64,000 nucleotides of DNA, from NCBI GenBank assembly GCA_937982115.1, contig CALJNE010000008.1, positions 635 through 64,634 on the forward strand, given 5' to 3'. Under the pieces are notes generated by a model. It was given only the letters and a program-made list of their open reading frames with translations. It had not been told where the DNA came from and searched no databases. Shown here in pieces: positions 39,275-50,370 of the stretch. The position numbers were made by a program, and so were the translations under genes. The DNA comes from an uncultured Bacteroidales bacterium. GTDB lineage: Bacteria; Bacteroidota; Bacteroidia; Bacteroidales; ML635J-15. Numbering within the stretch: position 1 is the stretch's first letter; each line of letters starts with the position of its first letter.

Positions 39275-40519
39275 TTATCTGAGTTTTAGGGTTATTATTG
39301 AAATTACTGCCAACAAAAGAGAGATAATCCAGAATCTTGCAACAATTTTTGGTTCGGGATATCCCTTTTTCTGAAAATGATGATGTAAAGGAGCCATAAG
39401 GAAAATTCTCTTACCTGTTCCGTATTTTCGTTTTGTATATTTAAAATAGCTAACCTGCAACATAACAGAAACGCTTTCGGCGAAAAATATCCCGCACAAC
39501 ACAGGGATTAAAAGTTCTTTTTTGATAACAATAGCAAAAACAGCAATGATTCCCCCGATTGTTAAACTTCCTGTATCGCCCATGAATATTTGAGCCGGAA
39601 AAGAATTGTACCATAAAAATCCAATAAGAGCACCAATAAAGGCTGCCATATAAACCACCAATTCTCCCGAATTTGGAATATATAATATTTGTAGGTACTC
39701 TGCAGCTATTCTGTTACCGGAAACATAAGCTAAAATTCCAAGGGTAGCCCCAATAATCGCCGAAGAACCTGCCGCCAGCCCATCGAGTCCGTCGGTGAGG
39801 TTTGCTCCGTTTGATACCGCCGTAACTATTAATATTACTGCAAGAATAAAAACAATCCACCCTATTTTTTCGGCATTATCGCCCAAAAACCAAACAATTT
39901 TTGCATAATCAAATTCATTATTCTTGAGGAATGGTATTGTGGTTTTTGTGGATTTTATATCGCAATATTCGATAAACTCTGCACAATTTGGATTATTGAT
40001 GACTTCTGTAATTTCTTCGTTTTGATATTCAACAACCTTTTTTGTCCTTACAACAACATCATCCGAGAAATATAAAATTCCGCCAACTATAAATCCCAAA
40101 ACGATTTGTCCTATGATTTTAAATTTTCCTTTAAGTCCGTCTTTATTTTTTCTTTTTATTTTCAGAAAATCATCCAGAAACCCAATAAATCCCAACCAAA
40201 TTGTGGTAATAAGCATTAAAATTACGTAAACATTATGGATTTTTGCAAAAAGCAGAGTAGGAATTACCGTAGCAAGAATAATAATAATTCCGCCCATTGT
40301 TGGAGTTCCGCGTTTTTGCATTTGTCCCTCAAGGTCGAGGTCGCGTATTTCTTCGCCGATTTGTTTTTTTTGCAATAACCTGATAATCTTTTTCCCGAAA
40401 AATATTCCTATTATCAAGGAAAAGATAACAGCCATACCTGAACGGAACGAAATGTATTCAAAAACTCCCGCTCCCGGAACTCCCAATTCATTTAAATATC
40501 TGAATAAATAGTAAAGCAT
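39275..40519 (-). CDS. mraY: Phospho-MurNAc-pentapeptide transferase
   Basis: [36 protein letters not shown]. Confidence 0.98.
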   Translation of the reverse strand: MLYYLFRYLNELGVPGAGVFEYISFRSGMAVIFSLIIGIFFGKKIIRLLQKKQIGEEIRDLDLEGQMQKRGTPTMGGIIIILATVIPTLLFAKIHNVYVILMLITTIWLGFIGFLDDFLKIKRKNKDGLKGKFKIIGQIVLGFIVGGILYFSDDVVVRTKKVVEYQNEEITEVINNPNCAEFIEYCDIKSTKTTIPFLKNNEFDYAKIVWFLGDNAEKIGWIVFILAVILIVTAVSNGANLTDGLDGLAAGSSAIIGATLGILAYVSGNRIAAEYLQILYIPNSGELVVYMAAFIGALIGFLWYNSFPAQIFMGDTGSLTIGGIIAVFAIVIKKELLIPVLCGIFFAESVSVMLQVSYFKYTKRKYGTGKRIFLMAPLHHHFQKKGYPEPKIVARFWIISLLLAVISIITLKLR

Positions 40520-40523
40520 AATT

Positions 40524-41975
40524 TTAATTGTTTAGATATTGGTTTAAAATTTCTTTATCGTCGAAATGATACTTTACTCCGTTAATTTCCTGATAAGTTT
40601 CGTGACCTTTACCGGCGACGAGAATAATGTCTCCGGGATTAGCCATTTTGCAAGCTGTTTTTATTGCCTGCTCACGGTTTGTGATTCGTAAGCATTTTTT
40701 TTCTGTAATTTTATTAAGTCCTTTTTCCATATCATCCAAAATATCCTCGGGATTTTCGGTTCGTGGATTATCGGAAGTTAATATTACAAGATTGCTCATT
40801 TCTGCGGCTATTTTTGCCATCTCCGGACGCTTTGTTTTATCGCGGTCACCACCTGCTCCAACAACTGTAATTATGTTTGTGTCGCCTTTGTTAATTTCTG
40901 AGATTGTTGCAAGTACATTCTTTAATGCATCAGGAGTGTGTGCATAATCAACAATTCCTGTAATGTTGTTTTTTCCGTGAATGGTTTCGAATCTGCCGGA
41001 AACAGGACTCAATTCTGAAATTGCCTGTAAAACTTCTTTTTGAGGAAAATCAAGTAATATTGCTGCCCCATAAATTGCAAGTAAATTGTAGGCGTTAAAT
41101 TTTCCCGTAAGTTTTGTCCATACTTCATTTGAGTCAATATTTAATAACATTCCTTCTGCCAGCATTTCGAGAATTTCGGCCTTGAATTCTGATAAAGAAT
41201 TTAGAGAGTAGGTATGTTTTTGTGCTTTGCTGTTTTGAAGCATAACAGCACCGTTTTTATCATCGAGGTTTGTAAGTGCAAAAGCATTTGCCGGGAGCAT
41301 ATCGAAAAACATTTGCTTAGCACGGATATATTCTTTAAAAGTTTTATGAAAATCCAGATGGTCGTGAGTAATGTTAGTAAATATTCCTCCTGCGAAATAC
41401 AGTCCGGCAACTCTGTTTTGTATTGTAGAATGCGAGCTTACTTCCATAAAACAATAATCACAACCTATATTTACCATTTCGTTGAGGTATTCATTAAGCC
41501 TGATTGGGTCGGGAGTGGTATGTGTAGAGTCAATTTTTTTTCTGTCAATAAGAACTTTAATTGTTGATATTAGTCCGGATTTATAGCCGAGTTTTTGAGT
41601 TAATTCATACAAACTTGTTGCGATGGTAGTTTTTCCGTTTGTTCCGGTAACTCCGATAAGTTTTAGTTTTTTTGAAGGATTGTCGTAAAATTCGGATGCA
41701 ATAATTCCAAGAGCGTAAGATGAATCTTTAACTACAAGGTATGATGTTTTTGAATTGATTTTTTCGGGCAGAGCCTCGCATACAATAAGTTTTGCTCCCT
41801 TTTCTATAACCTGTTCGATATAATTGTGCCCGTCGGTTTTAGTACCTTTAATTGCAATAAACGCAAAGTTTTCCTGAACTGTTCTTGAATCAAAACATAT
41901 ATTTGAAACAATGCAGTCGTTGTTTATTATCTCAGTTAAAAAATTCAGTTTATTTCTTAATTCTAAAATGTTCAT
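40524..41975 (-). CDS. murE: UDP-MurNAc-dipeptide--mDAP ligase
   Basis: [35 protein letters not shown] (DAP specificity), AGKGHE. Confidence 0.97.
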   Translation of the reverse strand: MNILELRNKLNFLTEIINNDCIVSNICFDSRTVQENFAFIAIKGTKTDGHNYIEQVIEKGAKLIVCEALPEKINSKTSYLVVKDSSYALGIIASEFYDNPSKKLKLIGVTGTNGKTTIATSLYELTQKLGYKSGLISTIKVLIDRKKIDSTHTTPDPIRLNEYLNEMVNIGCDYCFMEVSSHSTIQNRVAGLYFAGGIFTNITHDHLDFHKTFKEYIRAKQMFFDMLPANAFALTNLDDKNGAVMLQNSKAQKHTYSLNSLSEFKAEILEMLAEGMLLNIDSNEVWTKLTGKFNAYNLLAIYGAAILLDFPQKEVLQAISELSPVSGRFETIHGKNNITGIVDYAHTPDALKNVLATISEINKGDTNIITVVGAGGDRDKTKRPEMAKIAAEMSNLVILTSDNPRTENPEDILDDMEKGLNKITEKKCLRITNREQAIKTACKMANPGDIILVAGKGHETYQEINGVKYHFDDKEILNQYLNN

Positions 41976-44074
41976 AAATTTAAAGTTAATGTTATTGCAT
42001 CTCCTTTTCTAAACTCAGTACCGGGAGCAGGATTTTGACTGATAACTTTTCCTCTTCCTTGTATTCTTACTTTAAGTCCCAATTGTTCGAGTACGAAAAC
42101 AGCATCTTTTGCTCCCATATTTATTACATTCGGAACTTTTGTAATATCACTGTAAGAAACCGGAGCGAAAGTAACTGTACTGTCGATCTGATTACATAAT
42201 ATCCAATCGGTATTTACAATTTTTTCGGCATTTGTTTTGATTTTCAGCCAATCATATACCTTTTGTGTTTCAGTTTTACTTCCTTTAAGAGCTTTGGGGA
42301 CTGTTTTCCCAACAGGTCCATTTAAAGATGAAGTATGGAATTTAGGATTTGTGGCATAAATTTTATCGGCAACGTCTTTAAAGACAGGTCCGGCAACAAC
42401 CGAGCCGTAAAAACCATTTTCGCGAGGATAATAAATCGAAACTATACAACTGTATTGAGGGTCGTCGGCCGGAAAATACCCAACAAAGGATGAATGATAA
42501 CCGTGCTGTTTGTTACGCCCGTAATCTATCTGAGCTGTTCCTGTTTTTCCGGCGATTTTATACTGGTTTGATTTAATATTTTTGGCAGTACCGTTTTCAA
42601 CAACGCCTTCGAGCATTGGCTTAATCTTTTGTATTGTTTCTTTTGAGCATATTTGTTCATCAATAATTTCGGGTTTAAATTCTTTAATAATTTTACCTCT
42701 GTATGACAAAGCTTCAGCAAAAATTGGTTTTACAAGAGTTCCGTTATTAGCAATAGCATTATAAAATGCTAAAATTTGCAGTGGAGTTATTTGCAGTTCG
42801 TAACCTATTGCCATTTGTGTTAGTGATAATTTAGACCATTCCTTTTGTCCTGGTTTGTGAATTACGGGAACAGCTTCGCCTCTGATAACAACGCCAAGAG
42901 GTTTATCCAGATGCAGGCGAGATAGTCCGTTAACGTATTTCATCGGTTGATGACGGTAATATTTATCAATGATTAACGATATACCAACGTTGGATGAAAC
43001 TTCAAACGCTCTTGCAATACTGATGGTACCGTAAGCAGCATCACCGGAATCTTTAACTTTTTTGCCGAAAAAGAAAGTAAATCCTCTACCAGTTTCGACC
43101 AAATCGTCGGGATTGGCATATCCGTCTTCGAAAGCGAGGATAACTGAAGCAAGTTTAAATGTTGAGCCGGGGTCAATAGCGTGAGCTATTGCAAAATTTT
43201 GTTCTTCGTAATAATAACCGTCGGGATGTTTTTTTAAGTTGGCAATAGCTCTCACTTTACCGGTTTTAACTTCCATAACAACAACAGTTCCAAATTCTGC
43301 ATTATGTTTGATGAGCTGCCTTTCTAAAGAAGTTTCGGCAACATCTTGAAGTGAAATATCTATTGTTGTTATTAAATCCAGTCCGTCTTTTGGTTCAATG
43401 TATTTTGCGTCTTCAACCGGCATCCAGATATTTCCCGGGAGTCGTTCTTTTACCGTGTACCCAGCTTTACCTCTAAGTTCTGTATCAAAAGCATCTTCGA
43501 GTCCAACGCCTTTTCTGCCTTCGCTTGCAACAGTTCCAATAGTTCTTCTTGCCAGAACTCCGAAAGGCATTTCTCTTTCATATTTTTTTTGATAAACAAA
43601 TCCTCCTTTAATTTTACCTTTACGTAATAATGGAAAATTCTGCAATTTTTTAAAATCAGAATAACTTAATTTATTGCTGAATTTTAAGTATCTCTTACCG
43701 CTATCGCGGGCATTTATTAATTCATTTTTCCATTCTGCTTTTGTCTTATTCGGTAATAATTGTGATAAGCATAAAGCCAGAGAATCTAAATTTTCATTAA
43801 ATATTTTTTGTGTAATAGCTTCGCAGTTAGGGTCCATACCTACTTCGAAATAAGCTACCGAAGTCGCCAGCAGTTTCCCATCGTAAGAATAAATGTCGCC
43901 TCTTGTTGGTTCAATTGATGTATATATTCGGGTGGATTTAAGTGATTTTTCAATTAATTCTTTGTCATAGAAAAATTGGAGATAAATAATTTGCCCTATA
44001 ATAACAAGTCCGAAAATCCCGTATAAAATATACAGGATATTTAGTTTTATCAATATGTTATTACGGTCATTCAT
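41972..44074 (-). CDS. ftsI: Division transpeptidase PBP3 with a C-terminal PASTA domain
   Basis: PGSTFK (SxxK), SSN (SxN), KTGTAQ, C-terminal VPNVINM..KDA. Confidence 0.93.
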   Translation of the reverse strand: MNDRNNILIKLNILYILYGIFGLVIIGQIIYLQFFYDKELIEKSLKSTRIYTSIEPTRGDIYSYDGKLLATSVAYFEVGMDPNCEAITQKIFNENLDSLALCLSQLLPNKTKAEWKNELINARDSGKRYLKFSNKLSYSDFKKLQNFPLLRKGKIKGGFVYQKKYEREMPFGVLARRTIGTVASEGRKGVGLEDAFDTELRGKAGYTVKERLPGNIWMPVEDAKYIEPKDGLDLITTIDISLQDVAETSLERQLIKHNAEFGTVVVMEVKTGKVRAIANLKKHPDGYYYEEQNFAIAHAIDPGSTFKLASVILAFEDGYANPDDLVETGRGFTFFFGKKVKDSGDAAYGTISIARAFEVSSNVGISLIIDKYYRHQPMKYVNGLSRLHLDKPLGVVIRGEAVPVIHKPGQKEWSKLSLTQMAIGYELQITPLQILAFYNAIANNGTLVKPIFAEALSYRGKIIKEFKPEIIDEQICSKETIQKIKPMLEGVVENGTAKNIKSNQYKIAGKTGTAQIDYGRNKQHGYHSSFVGYFPADDPQYSCIVSIYYPRENGFYGSVVAGPVFKDVADKIYATNPKFHTSSLNGPVGKTVPKALKGSKTETQKVYDWLKIKTNAEKIVNTDWILCNQIDSTVTFAPVSYSDITKVPNVINMGAKDAVFVLEQLGLKVRIQGRGKVISQNPAPGTEFRKGDAITLTLNL

Positions 44075-44427
44075 TTTTCTATGTCTATTTTATATTCAAT
44101 TTTTTGATGAGGCGATTTTGGTTCAATAAGTGTTGAATTATTTTCCCTGAGTTTTTCAATTACTTTATTTATTCGGCTGCTTTTCATCAGTTTAGCTTGA
44201 ATTTCAATTTTTTGAGCTCTTAAATCTTCTATTTCTTTTTTTGTTTTTTCTGTTTCGATAAATACCGATTCGGCATGATAGCGATTTGAAATGTATGCCA
44301 ATCCCAGAACAAAAAGCAAAAGAATATAAGGTATCTGCTTGCGAAGGAAATCGCTGGCAACAATTGAGCCTGTGATTAGCCCTTTTAAGGTTTCGCGAAA
44401 CTGACTGTTGTTTTTCTTTGCTTTCAT
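44071..44427 (-). CDS. ftsL: FtsL-like cell division protein
   Basis: Single TM plus coiled coil, located between rsmH and the PBP gene. Confidence 0.85.
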   Translation of the reverse strand: MKAKKNNSQFRETLKGLITGSIVASDFLRKQIPYILLLFVLGLAYISNRYHAESVFIETEKTKKEIEDLRAQKIEIQAKLMKSSRINKVIEKLRENNSTLIEPKSPHQKIEYKIDIEK

Positions 44428-45323
44428 ATCCTTTCTGCTATTCTTAATTTTGCACTTCTCGACCTGGGATTATTGTTCATTTCTTCATCCGAAGGAATTA
44501 TTACTTTTTTATTTACTTGTATAAAATCAGTTTGTATGTTTCCAAATCTGTCGGTAATCATATCTCCGTCAAAGTTTCCATACTTTATGAAATTTTTTAC
44601 TATACGGTCTTCGATTGAGTGATAAGTAATAGTTACAAATCGTCCTCCGATTTTTAATGATTCACGAGCAGCAACGAGAAACTCTTTTATTGAGTCAATT
44701 TCCTGATTGACTTCGATACGAAGGGATTGAAATACCTGAGCAAAAAATTTGTTTTCTCTTTGTTTTTGTGTTAAGGGGCGTATTAAATTCAAAAATTCTT
44801 CGACGGTATCAATATTTTTTGTTTCGCGATAACTTATTATTATCGAAGCAAGTTTATATGCTCGGTCAACTTCGCCGTAATTTTTAAAAATATAAGTTAA
44901 TTTTTCGTGTGAATAAGTATTGAGTATTTCTTTAGCCGTGAGTTTTTGGAACTTATTCATTCTCATATCGAGGTCGCCACCTAATCTGAAAGAAAATCCA
45001 CGGTCTTTATTGTCAATCTGATAGGATGAAATTCCAAAATCTGCAAGGATTCCGTCAACTTTTTCTATTCCAGCATAACTGAGATAATTGCGTAAAAACC
45101 TGAAGTCTCCCTGGTATAATTTAAAGCGATTGTCGTTTAAGGAGTTTTTGATAGCGTCATTATCACGGTCGAGAGCAATTAAAAGCCCGTTGTTGCCGAG
45201 TTGATTAAGAATTTCACGTGAATGACCACCTCCACCAAAAGTAACGTCAACATAAATTCCCTGAGGATTTATGTTCAGTCCGTTGATACTTTCTATGAGC
45301 ATTACCGGTACGTGATATTCCAT
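44424..45323 (-). CDS. rsmH: 16S rRNA m4C1402 methyltransferase
   Basis: HVPVM, D.TFGGGGHS, RGFSF, LRIEVN, ITYHSIEDR, NPRSRSAKLR. Confidence 0.98.
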   Translation of the reverse strand: MEYHVPVMLIESINGLNINPQGIYVDVTFGGGGHSREILNQLGNNGLLIALDRDNDAIKNSLNDNRFKLYQGDFRFLRNYLSYAGIEKVDGILADFGISSYQIDNKDRGFSFRLGGDLDMRMNKFQKLTAKEILNTYSHEKLTYIFKNYGEVDRAYKLASIIISYRETKNIDTVEEFLNLIRPLTQKQRENKFFAQVFQSLRIEVNQEIDSIKEFLVAARESLKIGGRFVTITYHSIEDRIVKNFIKYGNFDGDMITDRFGNIQTDFIQVNKKVIIPSDEEMNNNPRSRSAKLRIAERI

Positions 45324-45328
45324 AACAT

Positions 45329-45796
45329 TTATTCTTCGGTGTAAAACTTAAAATCTCCTCCAAGTATGTCGTTTGCCATATTTACATACTCTTCATTACT
45401 CAATCTACGTCTTTCGTATTCTGCCTTGTCCCAGATTTCAATTTTTCCTTCCTGTCCGGCAAAAACAAGTTCTTTTTCAGCTCCAATTTCATCCAGTAAC
45501 CTTTTGGGAATTAACATACGACTACTGTTGTCGAAAAACAATTCGGCAGTATCTCTGTAAAATTCTCTTAAAAAGCTCGAATGTTGCTTATTAAAAGGAT
45601 TTAATTTTTTCTTTAAAATCGAAGTTTGATTGTCCCATTCTTTCATGGGATAAAGCAGAAGACATTTCTCGTATATGTCTCTTTTGATAACAAATCCTCG
45701 AGCAACCTCTTCACTCGGAATTTTCCTCTTCAGAGGTGCCGGAAAGATTACTCTTCCTTTGTTATCAAGTTTTGCAGTGTATTCTCCAACAAACAT
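45329..45796 (-). CDS. mraZ: Transcriptional regulator MraZ (start MFVGEY at 45796)
   Basis: GEY..KLD.KGR, two SpoVT/AbrB repeats, KIEIW. Confidence 0.95.
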   Translation of the reverse strand: MFVGEYTAKLDNKGRVIFPAPLKRKIPSEEVARGFVIKRDIYEKCLLLYPMKEWDNQTSILKKKLNPFNKQHSSFLREFYRDTAELFFDNSSRMLIPKRLLDEIGAEKELVFAGQEGKIEIWDKAEYERRRLSNEEYVNMANDILGGDFKFYTEE

Positions 45797-45834
45797 GTTA
45801 ATCGCGATTAAACTTGTTTCAAAAATATATATAT

Positions 45835-45874
45835 TTTTCCCCACTTTAAAACATTTTACTACATTTTTATCCAC
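45835..45874 (-). promoter_or_regulatory. Candidate MraZ operator: four decamers at a 10-bp period
   Basis: Minus strand reads GTGGATAAAA ATGTAGTAAA ATGTTTTAAA GTGGGGAAAA. Confidence 0.6.
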
Positions 45875-45980
45875 ATTGTTAATAACTTTTTTTGCGGAAA
45901 TTTGCAAGTGCTTGAAAATCAATGATTTTTGATTTTTGAATTTGAATTATTTATTTTGCAGTAATTAACATTTTTGAAAT

Positions 45981-46814
45981 ATGAGTACTGAAAAGGATAA
46001 TTCCATTTTAAGTGTTGACGTTAATGAGATACTAAAACAAAAAAATCCCCAATTGCATAAAAGATTGCCGGGTTTTGTTATTAACTTGTTGAAAAGAATA
46101 ATACACGAAAAGGAAATAAATGAATTTTTAAGCAAATATCCCGGCGTACAGGATATGGAATTTGTAAGGGCTGTGTTGGAGTTTATGGATGTTAAGTACG
46201 AAGTTGAGGGTTTGGAGAATATTCCCGAAGGTGGCAGATATGTATTTGCAGCAAATCATCCATTAGGCGGACTCGAAAGTTTGGTGATGATGGAAATTAT
46301 CTCTACTAAATTCGAAAAATTTGTTTTTGTTGTCAACGATATTTTGATGGCACTAAAACCAATATCAAACTTGTTTTTACCGGTGAACAAGCATGGTAGT
46401 CAGTCTCGTGATTCTCTAAAAAAGCTTAATGAATGTTATGCGTCCGATATACAGATTTTGTTTTTTCCGGCTGGTTTGGTTTCACGCAGGCAGGGAAAAA
46501 TCATAAAAGACCTTAAATGGCAAAAGACTTTTGTAGCTAAATCTGTTGAATATCAAAGAGATATTGTGCCGGTTTTTATTGAAGGACGCAACTCGGTATT
46601 TTTTTATTTTTTGGCCAATTTTCGTAAGTTTTTAGGAATAAAAGCGAATATCGAAATGTTGTTTTTACCGCACGAGATGTTTAAACAAAAGGGCAAAACA
46701 ATTAGATTTGTATTCGGGAAACCAATATCATACAATTTTTTTGATAGCAGTAAATCATACACAGAATGGGCTGACTATTTAAGAGAGTTAACTTATTCGT
46801 TGCAGAAAAAATAA
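45981..46814 (+). CDS. PlsC-family acyltransferase, probable glycine-lipid O-acyltransferase (GlsA-like)
   Basis: NHPLGGLE, FPAGLVSR, W.KTFV.K, NIEMLFLPHEMF. Confidence 0.75.
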   Translation: MSTEKDNSILSVDVNEILKQKNPQLHKRLPGFVINLLKRIIHEKEINEFLSKYPGVQDMEFVRAVLEFMDVKYEVEGLENIPEGGRYVFAANHPLGGLESLVMMEIISTKFEKFVFVVNDILMALKPISNLFLPVNKHGSQSRDSLKKLNECYASDIQILFFPAGLVSRRQGKIIKDLKWQKTFVAKSVEYQRDIVPVFIEGRNSVFFYFLANFRKFLGIKANIEMLFLPHEMFKQKGKTIRFVFGKPISYNFFDSSKSYTEWADYLRELTYSLQKK

Positions 46815-46844
46815 GAATTTGTGAAAAAATAAAAAATATTAAAA

Positions 46845-46852
46845 TATTTTTG
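46845..46852 (+). promoter_or_regulatory. -7 promoter box
   Basis: TATTTTTG upstream of the GNAT gene. Confidence 0.45.
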
Positions 46853-46880
46853 TAACGAATAAATTTTAAAAGATTCGGAT

Positions 46881-47888
46881 ATGACGTTAATGAAACCGGT
46901 AATCCCTCCGGTAGAAAAGGAATTGCTGATATCGGAGTTGAAAAAAGATAAATTATTACGCAAGTCTAATTTTGGTAATACCGAGATATACGTTTTTACA
47001 CATCATGATTCTCCTAATTTAATGCGAGAAATTGGTCGTTTGCGAGAAATTACTTTTCGGTTGGCAGGTGGAGGTACGGGAAAAGAACTTGATATTGACG
47101 AGTATGATATATCGGAAGACCCTTATTTTCAATTGATAGTTTGGGACCCGGAAGAAAAGGAAATTATTGGAGGTTATCGTTATATTCTTGGCGAAACGGT
47201 ACTTGATGACCCTGAATCCAAACTTGCCACTTCACATATTTTCGAGTTTTCCGAAGAGTTTCTCTCCGATTATTTACCATATACCATTGAGCTTGGAAGA
47301 AGTTTTGTACAACCGAACTATCAGTATGGTTTAAATGCTCGAAAAGGAATGTTTGCCCTCGATAATTTATGGGACGGACTTGGTTCCTTGATGGTGGAAT
47401 ATCCTGAAATGAAATATTTTTTCGGTAAAGTAACTATGTATAAACATTTTAATATCGAGGCAAGAAATCTAATTTTAAGTTTTATTAAATATTATTTTCC
47501 TGACAAAAAGGGATTGGTAAAACCAGTAAAACCAGTCGAAATTAATTTTGAGAATTATATTAAATATTTTACTGCTGACAGTTATCAGGAAAACTATAAG
47601 ATTCTAAATAAACTTGTTCGTGAGCAAGGAGAAAAAATACCTCCATTAGTAAATGCCTATATGAATTTGTCTCCCTCAATGATTTCTTTTGGGACCGTAG
47701 AAAACGATGAATTTGGAGGTGTTGAAGAAACAGGAATACTTATCAATATCAAAGATATCTACGATATAAAAAAAGATAGACATGTAAAAACCTATAAACA
47801 ATTAATTAAACTTAGTCAGATTTTCCCACGACGTCCAAAAATTCTGGATTTAAAAAATTGGAAATTCAGGAAGAAAAAGAAAAAATAA
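46881..47888 (+). CDS. OlsB-like GNAT N-acyltransferase, probable glycine-lipid synthase (GlsB-like)
   Basis: EIGRLREITFR..GGGTG...DID.YD, IELGRSFVQP.YQ, LDNLWDGLG, IPPLVNAYM. Confidence 0.78.
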   Translation: MTLMKPVIPPVEKELLISELKKDKLLRKSNFGNTEIYVFTHHDSPNLMREIGRLREITFRLAGGGTGKELDIDEYDISEDPYFQLIVWDPEEKEIIGGYRYILGETVLDDPESKLATSHIFEFSEEFLSDYLPYTIELGRSFVQPNYQYGLNARKGMFALDNLWDGLGSLMVEYPEMKYFFGKVTMYKHFNIEARNLILSFIKYYFPDKKGLVKPVKPVEINFENYIKYFTADSYQENYKILNKLVREQGEKIPPLVNAYMNLSPSMISFGTVENDEFGGVEETGILINIKDIYDIKKDRHVKTYKQLIKLSQIFPRRPKILDLKNWKFRKKKKK

Positions 47889-47904
47889 AACAATATTTTT
47901 TTAC

Positions 47905-47912
47905 TATCTTTG
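47905..47912 (+). promoter_or_regulatory. -7 promoter box for the OmpA-domain gene
   Basis: TATCTTTG; its position argues for the GTG start at 47933. Confidence 0.5.
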
Positions 47913-47932
47913 TTAAAATCACAAAAATAAAA

Positions 47933-49303
47933 GTGCTGCAGAGACTTTTTATCATAGTTATATTTTTAGGCACATGTTTGGCAAGTTATACTCAGAATCT
48001 TGTACCAAATCATAGTTTTGAAGACGCATGGACTTGCCCATATAGTTTTGTTCCAAATCCGGTTGCAAAACCTTATCCCGGATGGATAAATCCCAACAAA
48101 GGCACTCCCGACCAATTCCATCCATGTAGTAAAGGTGATGCCGGCGTGCCTGAAAACTTTGCCGGATTTGCATATCCCTTTGAAGGTGCAGCTTATGCAG
48201 GAATAATATTACGAGAAATTTTCGACGACAGCGTAGGATATTATAAAGGAGTCTCAAGAGAATATATTCAAACAAAACTATTAAAGTCACTAAGCAGAGG
48301 AAAACTTTATTGCGTTAAATTATATTATATGAATGCAAACAAATCAATGTTTGCTGTTGATGCTCTCGGAGTTGCTATTACAACCGATAAAATCGGACGT
48401 AAAGATGCAGGGCTTATTATTCAACATCCTCAGGTTATTAACAAGCCCGGAAATATTATGGATAACCAAACCGAATGGAAAGAGTTGTGCGGAACATATA
48501 GAGCCAAAGGAAATGAACAATATCTGACCATTGGAAATTTTTGGGATAATAACGTAACTCAATTCATCAGGCATAATAACGAAAATACCGACACTACTTT
48601 TTTTTATGCATATTATTATATTGATGATGTTCGCATTTTTGAGATAGAAAATGAATTTGAGTGCGGTTGCCTCGAAGATAACAGTTGGGGAAGCGATTGG
48701 CTTTCGGATTTGTATGACCCAGAAACAGGATACAATTCAGGCAAAAAAACTAATGTAAATGACATTGCGTTATTAGATGCTGATGAACAAAAAGATAAAA
48801 ACGGCAACAACAAAGATAGTTTAAACGACTCCGGTATAAATAACGGAGTAAATTCAGATGATTCTAAAATTAACAATTCCCAACTCGATGAAAGAAGTTT
48901 CTTTTACGGAATACCTGAATCGGAAATTAGCGAACTGGCTTTTCGTAATGCCGAAGTTGGCAAAAAGTTTAATTTGAACAGGATTTTGTTTGAATTTAAT
49001 TCAGCTCAATTATTAACTGTATCTTTTACCGAGCTGGATAAACTAAGTGAAATTTTACTTGCAAATCCTAATTATAAAATCGAAATACGGGGGCATACCG
49101 ATAATGTAGGGACTTCGCAATATAACAAAACTCTCTCAATAAAAAGGGCGGGAGCCGTTTATGATTACCTGATTAGTAAAGGGATTGACAAATCACGTAT
49201 GAAATATAGAGGGTTCGGCGACAGAGTTCCTGTTGCAGATAATGAAACTGAAGAAGGTCGCAGGCTAAACAGAAGAGTGGAAATTATAATTATTGAAAAA
49301 TAA
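47933..49303 (+). CDS. OmpA C-terminal (peptidoglycan-binding) domain protein with an N-terminal beta-sandwich domain
   Basis: QNLVPN.SFE N-domain; IEIRGHTDNVG...N..LS..RA, GFGD..PVADN.T.EGR..NRRVE. Confidence 0.85.
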   Translation: MLQRLFIIVIFLGTCLASYTQNLVPNHSFEDAWTCPYSFVPNPVAKPYPGWINPNKGTPDQFHPCSKGDAGVPENFAGFAYPFEGAAYAGIILREIFDDSVGYYKGVSREYIQTKLLKSLSRGKLYCVKLYYMNANKSMFAVDALGVAITTDKIGRKDAGLIIQHPQVINKPGNIMDNQTEWKELCGTYRAKGNEQYLTIGNFWDNNVTQFIRHNNENTDTTFFYAYYYIDDVRIFEIENEFECGCLEDNSWGSDWLSDLYDPETGYNSGKKTNVNDIALLDADEQKDKNGNNKDSLNDSGINNGVNSDDSKINNSQLDERSFFYGIPESEISELAFRNAEVGKKFNLNRILFEFNSAQLLTVSFTELDKLSEILLANPNYKIEIRGHTDNVGTSQYNKTLSIKRAGAVYDYLISKGIDKSRMKYRGFGDRVPVADNETEEGRRLNRRVEIIIIEK

Positions 49304-49353
49304 TTTCACGATTTTATTGGAAAATTTATTACCTTTACAAAAAATTTTTTCAG

Positions 49354-50370
49354 ATGAATTTAAGCAAGGATATAATTGAATTATTAAAAGAAAACGACTG
49401 TGTGATAATTCCCTGTTTTGGTGGATTTGTTGCCAATTATTTTTCGGGAGGAGTTGATTTTAAAACTCAGGAATTTTTTCCGCCTGCACGTCGTATTGCT
49501 TTTAATCAAAATCTGAAAAATAATGACGGATTGCTTATCAATTATTTAAGCTTAAAACATAAATGCGATTGGCAGGCTGCCGGGCTAATGGTTAAAACTT
49601 TCGTTGATGAAATAAAGGAGTCTTTAACAAAATACAATTATTTTATTTTTGAAGGATTAGGAAAAATTGTTAAGGAAAAAAATTCTCTGGTATTTTATCC
49701 CGAAGTAGAAATAAACTTTCTGGAAGATTCTTTCGGACTCGAAAAATTTATTTTTCCAGTTCTCAAGTCTAATGAAATTATCCGACCTGAAGTAAAGCGG
49801 ACAGTTTCTAAGATTAAGGAAGCTAAAGCAAATCGTCCAAAACGCAAAACGGCAAACTGGGTTTATACACTAAGTGCAGCAGCTGTATTGGGAGGTTTAA
49901 TTTTCCTTACAATTAAAACCGGCATTTCAGATAAAATATTTAATAAAAATAAGGAATATGCCATTGTTGTTCCTATTGAAAATCTAAATAACAATAAACC
50001 TGAAGTTCAAACTTCTTCTGATAACAAGGAGGTAAAATCCGAAGAAATCGAAAATTTTGAAACATTAGAAACTGAAAACATAGAATCCCCAATTTCTGAA
50101 AATAATGAACATACCGTAACATCAAAATTTGACAGCAATACTTTGCATAATAACGTTCATATCATAGCCGGATGTTTTTCGATAAAGGAAAATGCTGAAA
50201 ATCTTTGTTCAAAACTCCAGAGTCAGGGTTATCCTGCTCTAATATTACCGGGTAATGATTTCTACAGAGTAAGTGTCAAATCATATTCGGATAAAAATTC
50301 TGCCGCAAAAGAATTAGAAAAACTGAAGTCTGAAACCGGAAATACATCACTCTGGATATTGACCTTGTAA
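49354..50370 (+). CDS. HU-CCDC81-like domain, TM helix and SPOR domain protein
   Basis: LL.ENDCVIIPCFGGFV...FFPP.R.I.FNQNL..NDGLL; TM segment; C-terminal HIIAGCF..KENA...YRVSV.SY. Confidence 0.8.
   Translation: MNLSKDIIELLKENDCVIIPCFGGFVANYFSGGVDFKTQEFFPPARRIAFNQNLKNNDGLLINYLSLKHKCDWQAAGLMVKTFVDEIKESLTKYNYFIFEGLGKIVKEKNSLVFYPEVEINFLEDSFGLEKFIFPVLKSNEIIRPEVKRTVSKIKEAKANRPKRKTANWVYTLSAAAVLGGLIFLTIKTGISDKIFNKNKEYAIVVPIENLNNNKPEVQTSSDNKEVKSEEIENFETLETENIESPISENNEHTVTSKFDSNTLHNNVHIIAGCFSIKENAENLCSKLQSQGYPALILPGNDFYRVSVKSYSDKNSAAKELEKLKSETGNTSLWILTL

Noticed and set aside
30787-45796. dcw cluster lacking murF, ddl and murB
   Set aside because: This is the usual Bacteroidota arrangement.
45797-45922. 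N-terminal extensions in the ORF track for mraZ (also ftsZ, the OmpA gene, the TMTC-like gene, rplY and dnaB)
   Set aside because: They run over promoter or operator elements or neighbouring genes; downstream starts match family N-termini.
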